64,000 bases of DNA from Aureliella helgolandensis (lineage in GTDB: Bacteria > Planctomycetota > Planctomycetia > Pirellulales > Pirellulaceae). How positions within the stretch are numbered: the first letter of the stretch is position 1; each line of letters starts with the position of its first letter. Location of the stretch: NCBI RefSeq assembly GCF_007752135.1, contig NZ_CP036298.1, forward strand, positions 5,516,859-5,580,858, given 5' to 3'. This document shows, one piece after another, positions 30,702 through 37,971 of the stretch. Made by a program: the position numbers and the translations under genes. The notes beneath the pieces are model-generated. The model was not told where the DNA came from. It saw only the letters and a list, made by a program, of their open reading frames with translations, and made no database searches.

Positions 30702-31382
30702 TCAGTCTAATTTTGCCACAACCAAATATTTTTCGGTACGCGTGCTCGGTAATGCATTTGTTGCTTGCATCATCCCTGCGTGTGTTACCGTGAACCCGGC
30801 GATCTCTAGCAAGTAGGGCACTGTTGCCAGCGATTGGATGGCAGCCAGTGGCAAACAGTCAGCGAAGTCAGTGGCAAGGCTGGACCAAGCACTCCGACTG
30901 TAAAATCCATCGATGAGTAGCACGGTTCCCTGGGGCTTCAACCAATATCGCCAATTCACCATGGCCGAAAGCGGGTCGTAGAGCCCATTCGCTAATTGCC
31001 GCGAGATAATCACGTCAAAGGAGGCCGGCGGAAAAAGCGACATTTCGTCCGGCGAGTCGCAGAATCCTTGGCAGATGCGCACCGAACTCAACTCTGGCTT
31101 GCTACCCAATTTCTGTAGCATCAAAGTCGAAGGTTCAAGCGCCGTCAGTTCGAGACCGCCAATTCGAATGAGCATGCGGCACATTGCTCCGGTTCCTGCG
31201 CCCGCGTCCAGCACCGACATACCGGTCTCCAGTGCAAACACTTGGGCAATGTCGGCTAGACAGGCAAGTTCATCAACTTCGCCAATTTGCTGCGTCCAGG
31301 CTTCATATTGCTCGACGGCCGCAGCATCGTAGCTGGAAAGATGCTTGGCTCGGAATTCAGATTGAGATAAACGGTAGGTCAT
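30702..31382 (-). CDS. Class I SAM-dependent methyltransferase.
   Basis: Motif I VLDAGAGTGAMCRML; post-I acidic residue; motif II/III-like segments. Confidence 0.7.
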   Translation of the reverse strand: MTYRLSQSEFRAKHLSSYDAAAVEQYEAWTQQIGEVDELACLADIAQVFALETGMSVLDAGAGTGAMCRMLIRIGGLELTALEPSTLMLQKLGSKPELSSVRICQGFCDSPDEMSLFPPASFDVIISRQLANGLYDPLSAMVNWRYWLKPQGTVLLIDGFYSRSAWSSLATDFADCLPLAAIQSLATVPYLLEIAGFTVTHAGMMQATNALPSTRTEKYLVVAKLD

Positions 31383-31450
31383 ATCGTTCGTATTTGGAAA
31401 ACAAAAAGATGGCGTCCGCCGGTTGGGAAATAACCGACAGACGCCTTAGT

Positions 31451-32596
31451 TTACAGCAAGTTCATAACGCGATCGGTCAATCCCTTTTCGCCGAGTACGA
31501 TATTCATCTTGCCCGCCGTTGCGATCTTCTCGAGAACTTCCAGTTCTCGGAGTCGCATCAGCGTTGGGTTGTCGGCCAACAGCTTGGCGGTGTTGGCCTG
31601 GCTACGCATGGCAGCGGTTTCCTCGCGGCGTGCGATCAAGTTGGCTTCGGCCGCCTTCTTGGCTTCCGTTACCTTGTTCATCAGGTCCCTCATGTCGCCT
31701 GGCAGAATCACGTCCTTGATACCTACTGAGCTGACTTCCAGACCCAACACACTCGCCTGCTCGCGCACTTGCTGCTCAAGCTCCTGAGCCACATCGTCCT
31801 TGCCGGTCAAAAAGCTATCGAGTTCACGTCCGCCGATCACCGCTCGCAGCGCCAACTGCACCTCGCGGTACAACGACTGTCGAACATCGCTCGAAGCGCT
31901 CACGGCGCGACGAGCGTCCTTGATCGCGTAGGTTACGATCGCGTTCATGCGGAGCGTCACCTTGTCAAGCGTCATGATCTCCTGACCACTGACGTCAATT
32001 TGTGACTCTCGCATATCGAGCTCAACAACGCGCGAGTCGGCTGCATCCTTCCAGTATGCGTACAGACCCGGTTCGAGCTGAGCTACGAAGCGACCGTCGA
32101 TGAACAGCACACCCACGTGATCTCGTTCGACCTTGCAGATGTCCAGCAATCGAGCAGCTTCCGCGGCACGCACGATCGACTTCAAATCTTTGTGCTCGAA
32201 TCGTACGTCTCGCGAATCGACAATTTCCACTCGCACATCACGAACACCAGTCCAGTACACGTACAGTCCGGCGCCGAGAATTCGAGCGAATCGTCCATCG
32301 ATCCACACGAGCGCTCGCTGGTAGTCCTTCAAATCCAGCACTTCAGCCTTACCGGCCAATGCGCCGGACTTGACGATAACGTCCAGTTGATCGTCAGCCA
32401 GCCATGGATCTCGCTTTGAGACTACGCGAACGCGAATCTTGTTCAGAGGATCAATGATCCAGTGTGTACCAGCGTCGACCAGCCCCTTGAATTCGCCTTC
32501 GCGGAACTTCAGGCCAACTTCGTAGCTGCGAATCACAATTCTCTTTAACATGAAGCCGCCTCCTTTCACGAAAGCGAGTAACAAAATGCCGATCAA
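31451..32596 (-). CDS. SPFH/band-7 (stomatin/prohibitin-like) protein with coiled-coil C-terminus.
   Basis: N-terminal TM then SPFH core. Ala/Glu-rich heptad C-terminus (EAKKAAEANLIARREETAAMRSQANTAKLLA). Confidence 0.7.
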   Translation of the reverse strand: MIGILLLAFVKGGGFMLKRIVIRSYEVGLKFREGEFKGLVDAGTHWIIDPLNKIRVRVVSKRDPWLADDQLDVIVKSGALAGKAEVLDLKDYQRALVWIDGRFARILGAGLYVYWTGVRDVRVEIVDSRDVRFEHKDLKSIVRAAEAARLLDICKVERDHVGVLFIDGRFVAQLEPGLYAYWKDAADSRVVELDMRESQIDVSGQEIMTLDKVTLRMNAIVTYAIKDARRAVSASSDVRQSLYREVQLALRAVIGGRELDSFLTGKDDVAQELEQQVREQASVLGLEVSSVGIKDVILPGDMRDLMNKVTEAKKAAEANLIARREETAAMRSQANTAKLLADNPTLMRLRELEVLEKIATAGKMNIVLGEKGLTDRVMNLL

Positions 32597-32995
32597 TATC
32601 AGCGTAAGGTGTTTGAAGCAGAAAGAGGCCTTGAGGCACCGAATTGTTCGTCAATCACACGCGACTGCTACGGAGGAAGGCTTTGACAGAGCTCTGTCGA
32701 TAAGATTGGATCGAACTCTGGTGACAGACGCGGTAGGAACAATGCCCTACAGCCTCAGCACTTTCATTGCGATCCGCCTCTATCAACGTTGCAATGCTTC
32801 GGCAAACCTACAAGGTGAAGTCATGTGCTGCTGCGGCCAGTTTGTCGTCTACCTTCCGATTCACGCAGCGGCTTTCACCGATTCGTTAATGTTCCAGTCT
32901 ACAACTCACCAACTCGCAGCCGATCGAGCGAAACAATCGTTGCCCGCCAGCTTCTGTGGTGGACGCTTTCGCGCCCGGGTTGGTTTTCAGCCAAC

Positions 32996-33075
32996 TTGGT
33001 GCATCGACGGGAGTCGAACCCGTGACCGTCAGGTTATTAGCCTGATGCTCTACCCGCTGAGCTACTTCAATCGGT
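32996..33075 (-). tRNA. tRNA-like unit, anticodon loop reads AAU. Acceptor stem does not pair canonically (pseudo-tRNA?).
   Basis: T-arm ACGGG-AGTCGAA-CCCGT (RC), anticodon arm TCAGG-TTATTAG-CCTGA, D-arm present; 5' and 3' acceptor halves are non-complementary. Confidence 0.3.
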
Positions 33076-33318
33076 GTTGCTTTTAGAACCCGTTCACGGA
33101 ACACAGTACGCCAACTGCCGAAAGGCAGGGCAGTCTGCGCCGCCGGAACAACATCGACCAAATGCTTACTTACAAGCAGGAATGCAGTGGTTCGAACACT
33201 GTCCATCGGTTTTGGAGGCCGAGTCCGCTCCCAGGCGAACATTCCTGTATTGTGAACGGTTCGGCGCTAGCCGCCGGTATCGAAACCGAAGGCTAACGCC
33301 TATTCGCTCAGTCACAAA

Positions 33319-33984
33319 CTATGTTTCCAATTCAACGTTCCAGTACGCTTCGCTGATAAACTTGTTCCAGCTCTGGATGCGATTCATGCGCTGGGCATAG
33401 ATCGGCTTCCAATTCGGACGGACCGGTTGCTTGCGAAGCTTCATGCGAGCTTCGGCCGGCGTGCGATCTGCCTTGCGAGAATTGCAATCAACGCAAGCTA
33501 GAACGCAGTTGGTCCAGCTTGACTGGCCACCTTGAGCACGAGGAACAACGTGGTCGATCGTCAGCTCTTCGCCACCAGGCTGCTTGCTACAGTACTGGCA
33601 GGTCAGCTTGTCGCGCTTGAACACGTTGCGACGGCTGAACGTTACCGACTGCGTCGGCAATTGGTCGAACTTAGTAAGGGCGATCACTTCAGGCACGCGA
33701 AACTTCTGACGCACTGACTGAATGAACGGTTGGTCGCGATCTGGCACCAACTGGCTCCAATCGCTCCAGTCAAATAACTGGTAGTCCACCGGATCGACTA
33801 CCTTGGCGGAGTCGTTCCACAGCAGGATCAGCGCACGAGCGACCGTGGCCACATTGATCGGCTGCCAGTTGCGGTTTAGTACCAGCGTCGGAAGCTGGAG
33901 CGTCGGGCTCAAGCCCATGAAGTTCGTCTGTCGATCCAGATTTGCAGTGTTCACGTCAATTAGTCCATGTGATTTGAAGTCCAA
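33319..33984 (-). CDS. HNH endonuclease-domain protein.
   Basis: CQYCSKQPGGEELTIDHVVPRAQGG...NCVLACVDCNSRK has the HNH zinc-finger/His-Asn-His pattern. Confidence 0.7.
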   Translation of the reverse strand: MDFKSHGLIDVNTANLDRQTNFMGLSPTLQLPTLVLNRNWQPINVATVARALILLWNDSAKVVDPVDYQLFDWSDWSQLVPDRDQPFIQSVRQKFRVPEVIALTKFDQLPTQSVTFSRRNVFKRDKLTCQYCSKQPGGEELTIDHVVPRAQGGQSSWTNCVLACVDCNSRKADRTPAEARMKLRKQPVRPNWKPIYAQRMNRIQSWNKFISEAYWNVELET

Positions 33985-34097
33985 AGTGTTGAGTAAACTG
34001 TGTAAAAGGGACTCGCGTTAATAGGTGATTGTTCACGAAAATAATGCATGGAAAAACACTCAACGAAGTAATGGTCAGAGGTTAGCCCGTCCGAAAA

Positions 34098-34450
34098 TGA
34101 GCAAGCGGACGGAGCGGGGTTTGAACCCGCTCAATCTTGCGATTGACTTCCATGTACTCCGAGCCGTCAGTTGAGCATATATTGGTTCACTTGACGAAGT
34201 TGTGGACAGAGATCCGGCCCGTATATCAGTACGAGCGGGCCGGGCGAGATTCGAACCTGCTAAACCATGTACTCCGAACCGGCAGTCAAGTGAGTGTATG
34301 TTTTATGATCGACGAAGTGATGTGTCAGAGGGTTTACGGCGCTCTACCACTGAGCTACGGCGCAATGTTTCAAAACAAAGTCGCGCCGGTGGGACTCGAA
34401 CCCACGACATCCGGCTTATAATGCTGTACTCCAACTCGGCAGTCGATCAA
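34098..34450 (-). other. Three tRNA-like fragment units (T-arm plus hairpin, or D-arm half) that cannot be folded into canonical cloverleaves. Each carries the motif TGTACTCCGA-YCGGCAGTC.
   Basis: Good T-arms (GCGGG-GTTTGAA-CCCGC; GTGGG-ACTCGAA-CCCAC) and a perfect 5' half GCGCCGTAGCTCAGTGGTAGAGC, but no matching acceptor partners. Includes a GNRA-capped hairpin TCAATC-GCAA-GATTGA. Confidence 0.5.
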
Positions 34451-34451
34451 G

Positions 34452-34523
34452 TAGCCCGACCAGGAATCGAACCTGGGACTTCTCGTTAGAAGCGAGAAAT
34501 GATGTCCGTTTCACCACCGAGCT
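34452..34523 (-). tRNA. tRNA-Arg (anticodon UCU).
   Basis: Acceptor AGCUCGG/UCGGGCU (two G-U), T-arm CCAGG-UUCGAUU-CCUGG, anticodon loop CUUCUAA, discriminator A. Confidence 0.55.
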
Positions 34524-34696
34524 ATCAACAAGCGGAAGGCAAGGGAGTCGAACCCTCATCTCTAAACGAGAACCGCGTTAGCAGTGCGGCCCAGCAAACC
34601 GTATCTGGCTACCTTCCAAAACAGGCTTGAGACTGGAGACCGGAGGCTGTAGTAAAATCCCTACAGCCTCTCGCCTCAAGCCTCCCGCCTACTAAG

Positions 34697-34767
34697 AGGT
34701 TCGTTCGAGAATCGAACTCGATCTTCGTTCTTACCAAGAACGCGTGCTCCCGGAACACTTACAAACC
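34697..34767 (-). tRNA. tRNA-Thr (anticodon GGU).
   Basis: Acceptor GGUUUGU pairs ACGAACC, D-arm GUGU/GCAC, anticodon loop UUGGUAA, T-loop UUCGAUU. Confidence 0.65.
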
Positions 34768-34850
34768 CCAAAGTAATGGGCACACTCCGCTGTGCCGTGA
34801 CCTACAAAACCAGCGGACGGCAGAACGGAGTCTGCCTGCTACTATGTGAT
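34768..34850. repeat. Copy 1 of an 85-nt structured spacer element containing an imperfect inverted pair of hairpins (GGCACACTCCGCTGTGCC ... GGCAGAACGGAGTCTGCC).
   Basis: About 80% identical to 35612-35697; the two hairpins are reverse complements of each other. Confidence 0.6.
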
Positions 34851-34919
34851 CGCGGATGGAATCGAACCATCGGTCTCCTGCGTGTCATGCAGGCGTCTTA
34901 GCCGCTGGACCACGCGATC
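34847..34919 (-). tRNA. tRNA-Val (anticodon GAC).
   Basis: Perfect acceptor GAUCGCG/CGCGAUC, U8, D-arm, anticodon loop AUGACAC, T-arm GAUGG-UUCGAUU-CCAUC. Confidence 0.65.
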
Positions 34920-34929
34920 GTTTACTCAG

Positions 34930-35004
34930 TAGTCGAGACAGGAATCGAACCTGCAGAATCACCTGGCCCTCGACCAGATCGCTTTACCTGTTTGCGTACT
35001 CGAC
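34930..35004 (-). tRNA. tRNA-like unit with non-canonical anticodon loop (UCGAGGG, would read GAG); possibly pseudo.
   Basis: Acceptor and T-arm pair; C33 instead of U33 in the anticodon loop. Confidence 0.3.
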
Positions 35005-35085
35005 CGTCAGTAAGTGGCGGGTCCAGGAATCGCACCTGGCAGTCCAAGCTTATGAGGCTCGGATGAACACTAGCCCACCCGCGAG

Positions 35086-35153
35086 TTGCAAGCCCCGGAA
35101 TCGAACCAGGCGACCGACCGTATGAAAGTCGACTCAGTACCAACTAGCCTGCA
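35086..35153 (-). tRNA. tRNA-Met-like (anticodon CAU) with shortened D-arm.
   Basis: Acceptor UGCAGGC/GCUUGCA pairs, anticodon loop UUCAUAC, T-loop UUCGAUU; only about 14 nt between U8 and the anticodon stem. Confidence 0.4.
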
Positions 35154-35165
35154 GACTTTACGAAG

Positions 35166-35248
35166 TCACGAAGAGGAGATTCGAACTCCTACGCCTTGAT
35201 GGCACGACGTTCTGAGCGTCGCATGTCTACCAGTTCCATCACTTCGTG
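35166..35248 (-). tRNA. tRNA-Leu (anticodon CAG), class II with long variable arm.
   Basis: Acceptor CACGAAG, D-arm GAUGGAACUGGUAGACAU (Leu-like), anticodon loop CUCAGAA, 14-nt variable hairpin, T-loop UUCGAAU. Confidence 0.65.
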
Positions 35249-35255
35249 TTGTTAG

Positions 35256-35330
35256 TGACTCGGACCGGAATTGAACCGGCGTCGACCAGCTTGAGAGGCT
35301 AGTTGCAAGTACCAAACATCGCACCGAGCC
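35256..35330 (-). tRNA. tRNA-Glu (anticodon CUC).
   Basis: Acceptor and T-arm (UUCAAUU loop) pair; anticodon loop CUCUCAA. Confidence 0.5.
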
Positions 35331-35345
35331 ATATTGTTCGTTCAG

Positions 35346-35426
35346 TGAGCCGGGAAGGAATCGAACCTTCCGCGCCGCGAGGCAACTGTGTTACAGACAG
35401 CCTGGACTACCAAGTCCAACCGACTC
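35346..35426 (-). tRNA. tRNA-Tyr (anticodon GUA), class II.
   Basis: Acceptor GAGUCGG, D-arm GGAC-UUGGUA-GUCC, anticodon loop CUGUAAC, 14-nt variable arm, discriminator A. Confidence 0.65.
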
Positions 35427-35438
35427 GTTTCAACCAAG

Positions 35439-35512
35439 TGACGCAGGCGGGATTCGAACCCGCAATCGCGAAGGTTTAAGCTTCGCCGCTGTACCTGTTC
35501 GCGTACCGCGTC
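35439..35512 (-). tRNA. Class I (5-nt variable region) tRNA with anticodon UAA (Leu-type codon UUA).
   Basis: Acceptor GACGCGG/CUGCGUC (one G-U), anticodon arm CGAAG-CUUAAAC-CUUCG, T-arm GCGGG-UUCGAAU-CCCGC, discriminator A. Confidence 0.55.
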
Positions 35513-35535
35513 AATTAAAAACCTGTCAACTGTAG

Positions 35536-35609
35536 TGGTGAGGGTGGGACTCGAACCCACAAACACTGAGGTTTGAGCTCAGCCGCTATGCCAATTAGCG
35601 CACCGCACC
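35536..35609 (-). tRNA. Class I tRNA with anticodon CAA (Leu-type codon UUG).
   Basis: Acceptor GGUGCGG/CCUCACC (6/7), U8, D-arm CGCU/AGCG, anticodon loop CUCAAAC, 5-nt variable region, T-loop UUCGAGU. Confidence 0.55.
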
Positions 35610-35611
35610 AT

Positions 35612-35697
35612 AAAAAGTAGTAGGCACACTCCGCTGTGCCGCAACTCGTCACACTTGCGAACGGCAGAGCGGAGTCAGCCTGCCACTATTGAGTAGC
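35612..35697. repeat. Copy 2 of the 85-nt structured spacer element (see 34768-34850).
   Basis: Shares GGCACACTCCGCTGTGCCG ... ACGGCAGAGCGGAGTCAGCCTGC with copy 1. Confidence 0.6.
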
Positions 35698-35775
35698 TCG
35701 CCAAGGAATCGAACCTTGTCTAACAGTTTCGAAGACTGTCGTGCGAATCCATCACACTCGCAAGCCGTGTATCTT
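35695..35775 (-). tRNA. tRNA-Arg-like (anticodon UCG); acceptor register uncertain.
   Basis: T-arm CAAGG-UUCGAUU-CCUUG, anticodon arm ACAGU-CUUCGAA-ACUGU. Confidence 0.4.
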
Positions 35776-35794
35776 CATCTCGCATTTGTAAAAG

Positions 35795-35867
35795 TGTCCA
35801 TGTCAGGAATCGAACCTGATCTTCGACCTTCGCAGGGTCGCGTGCGCATCCACTACACTTCACAGAC
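35795..35867 (-). tRNA. tRNA-Arg (anticodon GCG).
   Basis: Acceptor GUCUGUG/CAUGGAC (two G-U), anticodon loop CUGCGAA, T-loop UUCGAUU. Confidence 0.6.
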
Positions 35868-35874
35868 ATATCAG

Positions 35875-35947
35875 TGGTGCGGGTGAGATTCGAACTCACA
35901 GACACTTGTTCCTAAGACAAGCCGCTCAGCCGTTGGCGTACCACACC
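35875..35947 (-). tRNA. Class I tRNA with anticodon UAG (Leu-type codon CUA).
   Basis: Acceptor GGUGUGG/CCGCACC, U8, anticodon arm CUUGU-CUUAGGA-ACAAG, 5-nt variable region, discriminator A. Confidence 0.55.
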
Positions 35948-35956
35948 GAATTGAAG

Positions 35957-36028
35957 AGGCGCTACCGAGATTCGAACTCGTTGTCAGCGTGTTTTGCAGA
36001 CACACCCCGCACCAAGCGGATTAGCGCC
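35957..36028 (-). tRNA. tRNA-Cys (anticodon GCA).
   Basis: Perfect acceptor GGCGCUA/UAGCGCC, discriminator U (as in Cys), anticodon loop CUGCAAA. Confidence 0.6.
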
Positions 36029-36036
36029 ACTTTCAG

Positions 36037-36109
36037 TAGTCCTGGACGGACTCGAACCGTCGATCGTCTGTTTGTAAAACAGAAGCCTTCGCCGCTAGGC
36101 CACAGGACT
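36037..36109 (-). tRNA. tRNA-Val (anticodon UAC).
   Basis: Perfect acceptor AGUCCUG/CAGGACU, U8, D-arm GCCU/AGGC, anticodon loop UUUACAA. Confidence 0.65.
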
Positions 36110-36126
36110 ATGTATTTCAAATAAGG

Positions 36127-36210
36127 CGGAAGACCAGGGACTCGAACCCCGAAGCGGTATCAGCGCCAGCCGTTTTCAAGACGGTTTCCTCATCCAGCCG
36201 GATGTCTTCC
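36127..36210 (-). tRNA. tRNA-Ser (anticodon UGA), class II.
   Basis: Perfect acceptor GGAAGAC/GUCUUCC, discriminator G, anticodon loop CUUGAAA, long variable arm. Confidence 0.6.
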
Positions 36211-36222
36211 AATAATGCAAAG

Positions 36223-36295
36223 CGCCCTTAACGAGGATCGAACTCGCCGCGAACTGATCGACAATCAGCCTCCACCACCAGATGGACTCAAGGGC
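36223..36295 (-). tRNA. tRNA-Asp (anticodon GUC).
   Basis: Acceptor GCCCUUG/UAAGGGC, discriminator G, D-arm UGGA/UCCA, anticodon loop UUGUCGA. Confidence 0.6.
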
Positions 36296-36309
36296 ATACA
36301 GTTAAACAG

Positions 36310-36383
36310 GGTGACCGATCGGAATTGAACCGACATGGACTTGGTTCACAGCCAAGTTCCTGAACCAATACAGGACGACCACC
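36310..36383 (-). tRNA. tRNA-His (anticodon GUG) with encoded G-1.
   Basis: Anticodon loop CUGUGAA; extra 5' G opposite discriminator C, the His-specific G-1:C73 pair. Confidence 0.65.
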
Positions 36384-36398
36384 ATCTTCAAAGTGCAG

Positions 36399-36472
36399 CA
36401 GCGGGGACAGGAATCGAACCTGCGACCTTCTGGTTCAGAGCCAGATGCGACTACCAACAGTTGCTACCCCGG
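36399..36472 (-). tRNA. tRNA-Gln-like (anticodon CUG); 5' acceptor strand not confidently placed.
   Basis: T-arm and anticodon arm UCUGG-CUCUGAA-CCAGA clear; discriminator G. Confidence 0.4.
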
Positions 36473-36493
36473 AATGTGAATTAAAATATAGAG

Positions 36494-36565
36494 CACGGGT
36501 GATAGGAATCGAACCTACATACCACTGCTTCAAAGGCAGCTGACTTGCCGTTAGTCGACACCCGA
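36494..36565 (-). tRNA. tRNA-Gln (anticodon UUG).
   Basis: Acceptor pairs (CACCCGA partner), U8, anticodon loop CUUUGAA, discriminator G. Confidence 0.55.
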
Positions 36566-36741
36566 ATGTTGATTTGGAGCTAAGAGTGCCATGTCGGAGT
36601 CGAACCGACCTGACCGGATTGGAAGTCTTTTTCACGTTGCTTCAGACTGGTTAAGGTTGGGGAGAGAAGCGTTCCCCAAAATCAAACTTCCCAGCGACGC
36701 GTAAAAGCCTTTGCCGCTCGGTCAATGGCACATTCATGAAG

Positions 36742-36816
36742 CTCCGGAGGCAGGAATCGAACCTGCGGCTAAGCGATTAACAGTCGCCCTCCCGTACCAG
36801 CACAGGACCCACCGGA
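36742..36816 (-). tRNA. tRNA-Asn (anticodon GUU).
   Basis: T-arm GCAGG-UUCGAUU-CCUGC, anticodon loop CUGUUAA, discriminator G, acceptor 6/7. Confidence 0.6.
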
Positions 36817-36832
36817 ATGTTTTTCACAAGAG

Positions 36833-36907
36833 TCAGGATGGTCGGATTTGAACCGACGGTCTCGTGCTCCCGAAGCACGCGGAGTAGCCAGACTTTCCCA
36901 CACCCTG
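36833..36907 (-). tRNA. tRNA-Pro (anticodon CGG).
   Basis: Acceptor CAGGGUG/CAUCCUG, U8, anticodon loop UUCGGGA, T-loop UUCAAAU. Confidence 0.6.
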
Positions 36908-36918
36908 AGTTACATTAG

Positions 36919-36992
36919 TAGCGGGAGACGGACTCGAACCATCGACCTCCAGGGTATGAACCTGGCGAGCTGACCAACTGCTCCATCCCGCG
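36919..36992 (-). tRNA. Initiator-type tRNA-fMet (anticodon CAU).
   Basis: 5' CGCGGGA with unpaired C1 opposite U72 (the initiator hallmark), anticodon arm CCAGG-UUCAUAC-CCUGG, D-arm GAGC/GCUC, discriminator A. Confidence 0.55.
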
Positions 36993-36993
36993 A

Positions 36994-37064
36994 AGCGCCT
37001 AGTGAGAATTGAACTCACGTTTTCTGCATGGCAAGCAGATGGGTTACCACTACACCATAGGCGC
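36994..37064 (-). tRNA. tRNA-Gly (anticodon GCC).
   Basis: Perfect acceptor GCGCCUA/UAGGCGC, discriminator U, anticodon loop UUGCCAU. Confidence 0.6.
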
Positions 37065-37133
37065 GATTATTTCGGATCTACCAAATTGTCAAAGATCAGT
37101 TTGTGTTCACGGAATTGTCAATTCAATGAACAG

Positions 37134-37204
37134 AGCACCGAGTGAGAATCGAACTCACGCCGCCGCTTTACGAAAGCGGTGTCATTCCACTAGACTATCA
37201 GTGC
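37134..37204 (-). tRNA. tRNA-Thr (anticodon CGU).
   Basis: Acceptor GCACUGA/UCGGUGC (one G-U), anticodon arm CCGCU-UUCGUAA-AGCGG. Confidence 0.55.
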
Positions 37205-37226
37205 TTGTGTGTTTCAGTTTTCGCAG

Positions 37227-37298
37227 TGGGACCGGTGGGAATTGAACCCACATCGTTCGGTTTAAGAGACCGATGCATTACCTTGTCTGCCACAATCC
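37227..37298 (-). tRNA. tRNA-Lys (anticodon CUU).
   Basis: Acceptor GGGAUUG/CGGUCCC (two G-U), U8, anticodon loop CUCUUAA. Confidence 0.55.
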
Positions 37299-37310
37299 CG
37301 TTTGTTTCAG

Positions 37311-37384
37311 TCGGCGTGGAGGGAATTGAACCCTCGACCTTCGTCTTATAAGGACGGTGCTCGGACCATCGAGCTGCACGCCGC
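37311..37384 (-). tRNA. tRNA-like with anticodon UAU (Ile/AUA-type). The anticodon stem has one A-C mismatch.
   Basis: Perfect acceptor CGGCGUG/CACGCCG, D-arm GCUC/GAGC, anticodon loop CUUAUAA. Confidence 0.4.
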
Positions 37385-37395
37385 TTGCTTAAGAG

Positions 37396-37467
37396 TGAGG
37401 CCGGAGAGATTCGAACTCTCACCTGGCGGATTAAAAGTCCGCAGTGCTGCCGTTACACCACAACCTC
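37396..37467 (-). tRNA. tRNA-Lys (anticodon UUU).
   Basis: Anticodon arm GCGGA-CUUUUAA-UCCGC, T-loop UUCGAAU, acceptor with G-U pairs. Confidence 0.5.
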
Positions 37468-37541
37468 GGGTTGGCTATGGCTATGCGTTTCAAACGAATT
37501 GGCAATTGCATCACGATCTCCTTAGTTGTTTGTCGTTTCAG

Positions 37542-37613
37542 TGGTAGCCCTGAGAATCGAACTCAGCGCCACTCGGTTATCAGCCGGGTATGAGCAACCA
37601 GCTCTCGACTACC
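37542..37613 (-). tRNA. tRNA-Ile (anticodon GAU).
   Basis: Anticodon loop CUGAUAA, T-arm CUGAG-UUCGAUU-CUCAG, acceptor 6/7. Confidence 0.5.
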
Positions 37614-37624
37614 ATTTCATGAAG

Positions 37625-37696
37625 TCGGGTGTGTCGGAATCGAACCGCTCTCGATCGTCCCAAACGATCTGTGCTAGCCATTACACTTCACGCCCG
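37625..37696 (-). tRNA. tRNA-Pro-like (anticodon UGG) with weak T-stem (3 bp).
   Basis: Anticodon arm GAUCG-UUUGGGA-CGAUC; acceptor 6/7. Confidence 0.4.
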
Positions 37697-37712
37697 ATAG
37701 TTGTTATGTCAG

Positions 37713-37785
37713 TGGACCTGCAGGGAGTTGAACCCTGAAGCCTTGAGTGCAAGTCAAAGCGCCGACCCGTCGGCAAGCCCATCCT
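37713..37785 (-). tRNA. tRNA-Ala-like (anticodon UGC); acceptor poorly paired and lacks G3-U70.
   Basis: T-arm CAGGG-UUCAACU-CCCUG, anticodon loop CUUGCAC. Confidence 0.35.
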
Positions 37786-37796
37786 TAGTTGCAAAG

Positions 37797-37869
37797 CGAC
37801 TCGTGTGGGATTCGAACCCAACCTGACTGGCTTGAAAGACCAGTGACCTCACCAGAAGTCGAACGAGCC
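37797..37869 (-). tRNA. tRNA-Glu (anticodon UUC).
   Basis: Acceptor GGCUCGU/ACGAGUC, discriminator G, anticodon loop CUUUCAA. Confidence 0.5.
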
Positions 37870-37971
37870 ATGTTGTTTTCTCAGTTCTGTCAGCGCGTAC
37901 CTTCCACGCAGTTGTTCATCAGGAGTTTTTGCCTAAGCCGTTTGCGACTGCTTCCTATGCATCACAGTGAG

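Noticed and set aside
32550-33086. 178-aa plus-strand ORF spanning the SPFH gene end and the first tRNA-like unit
   Set aside because: Overlaps a well-supported minus-strand gene and a tRNA-like structure; no RBS or domain signal.
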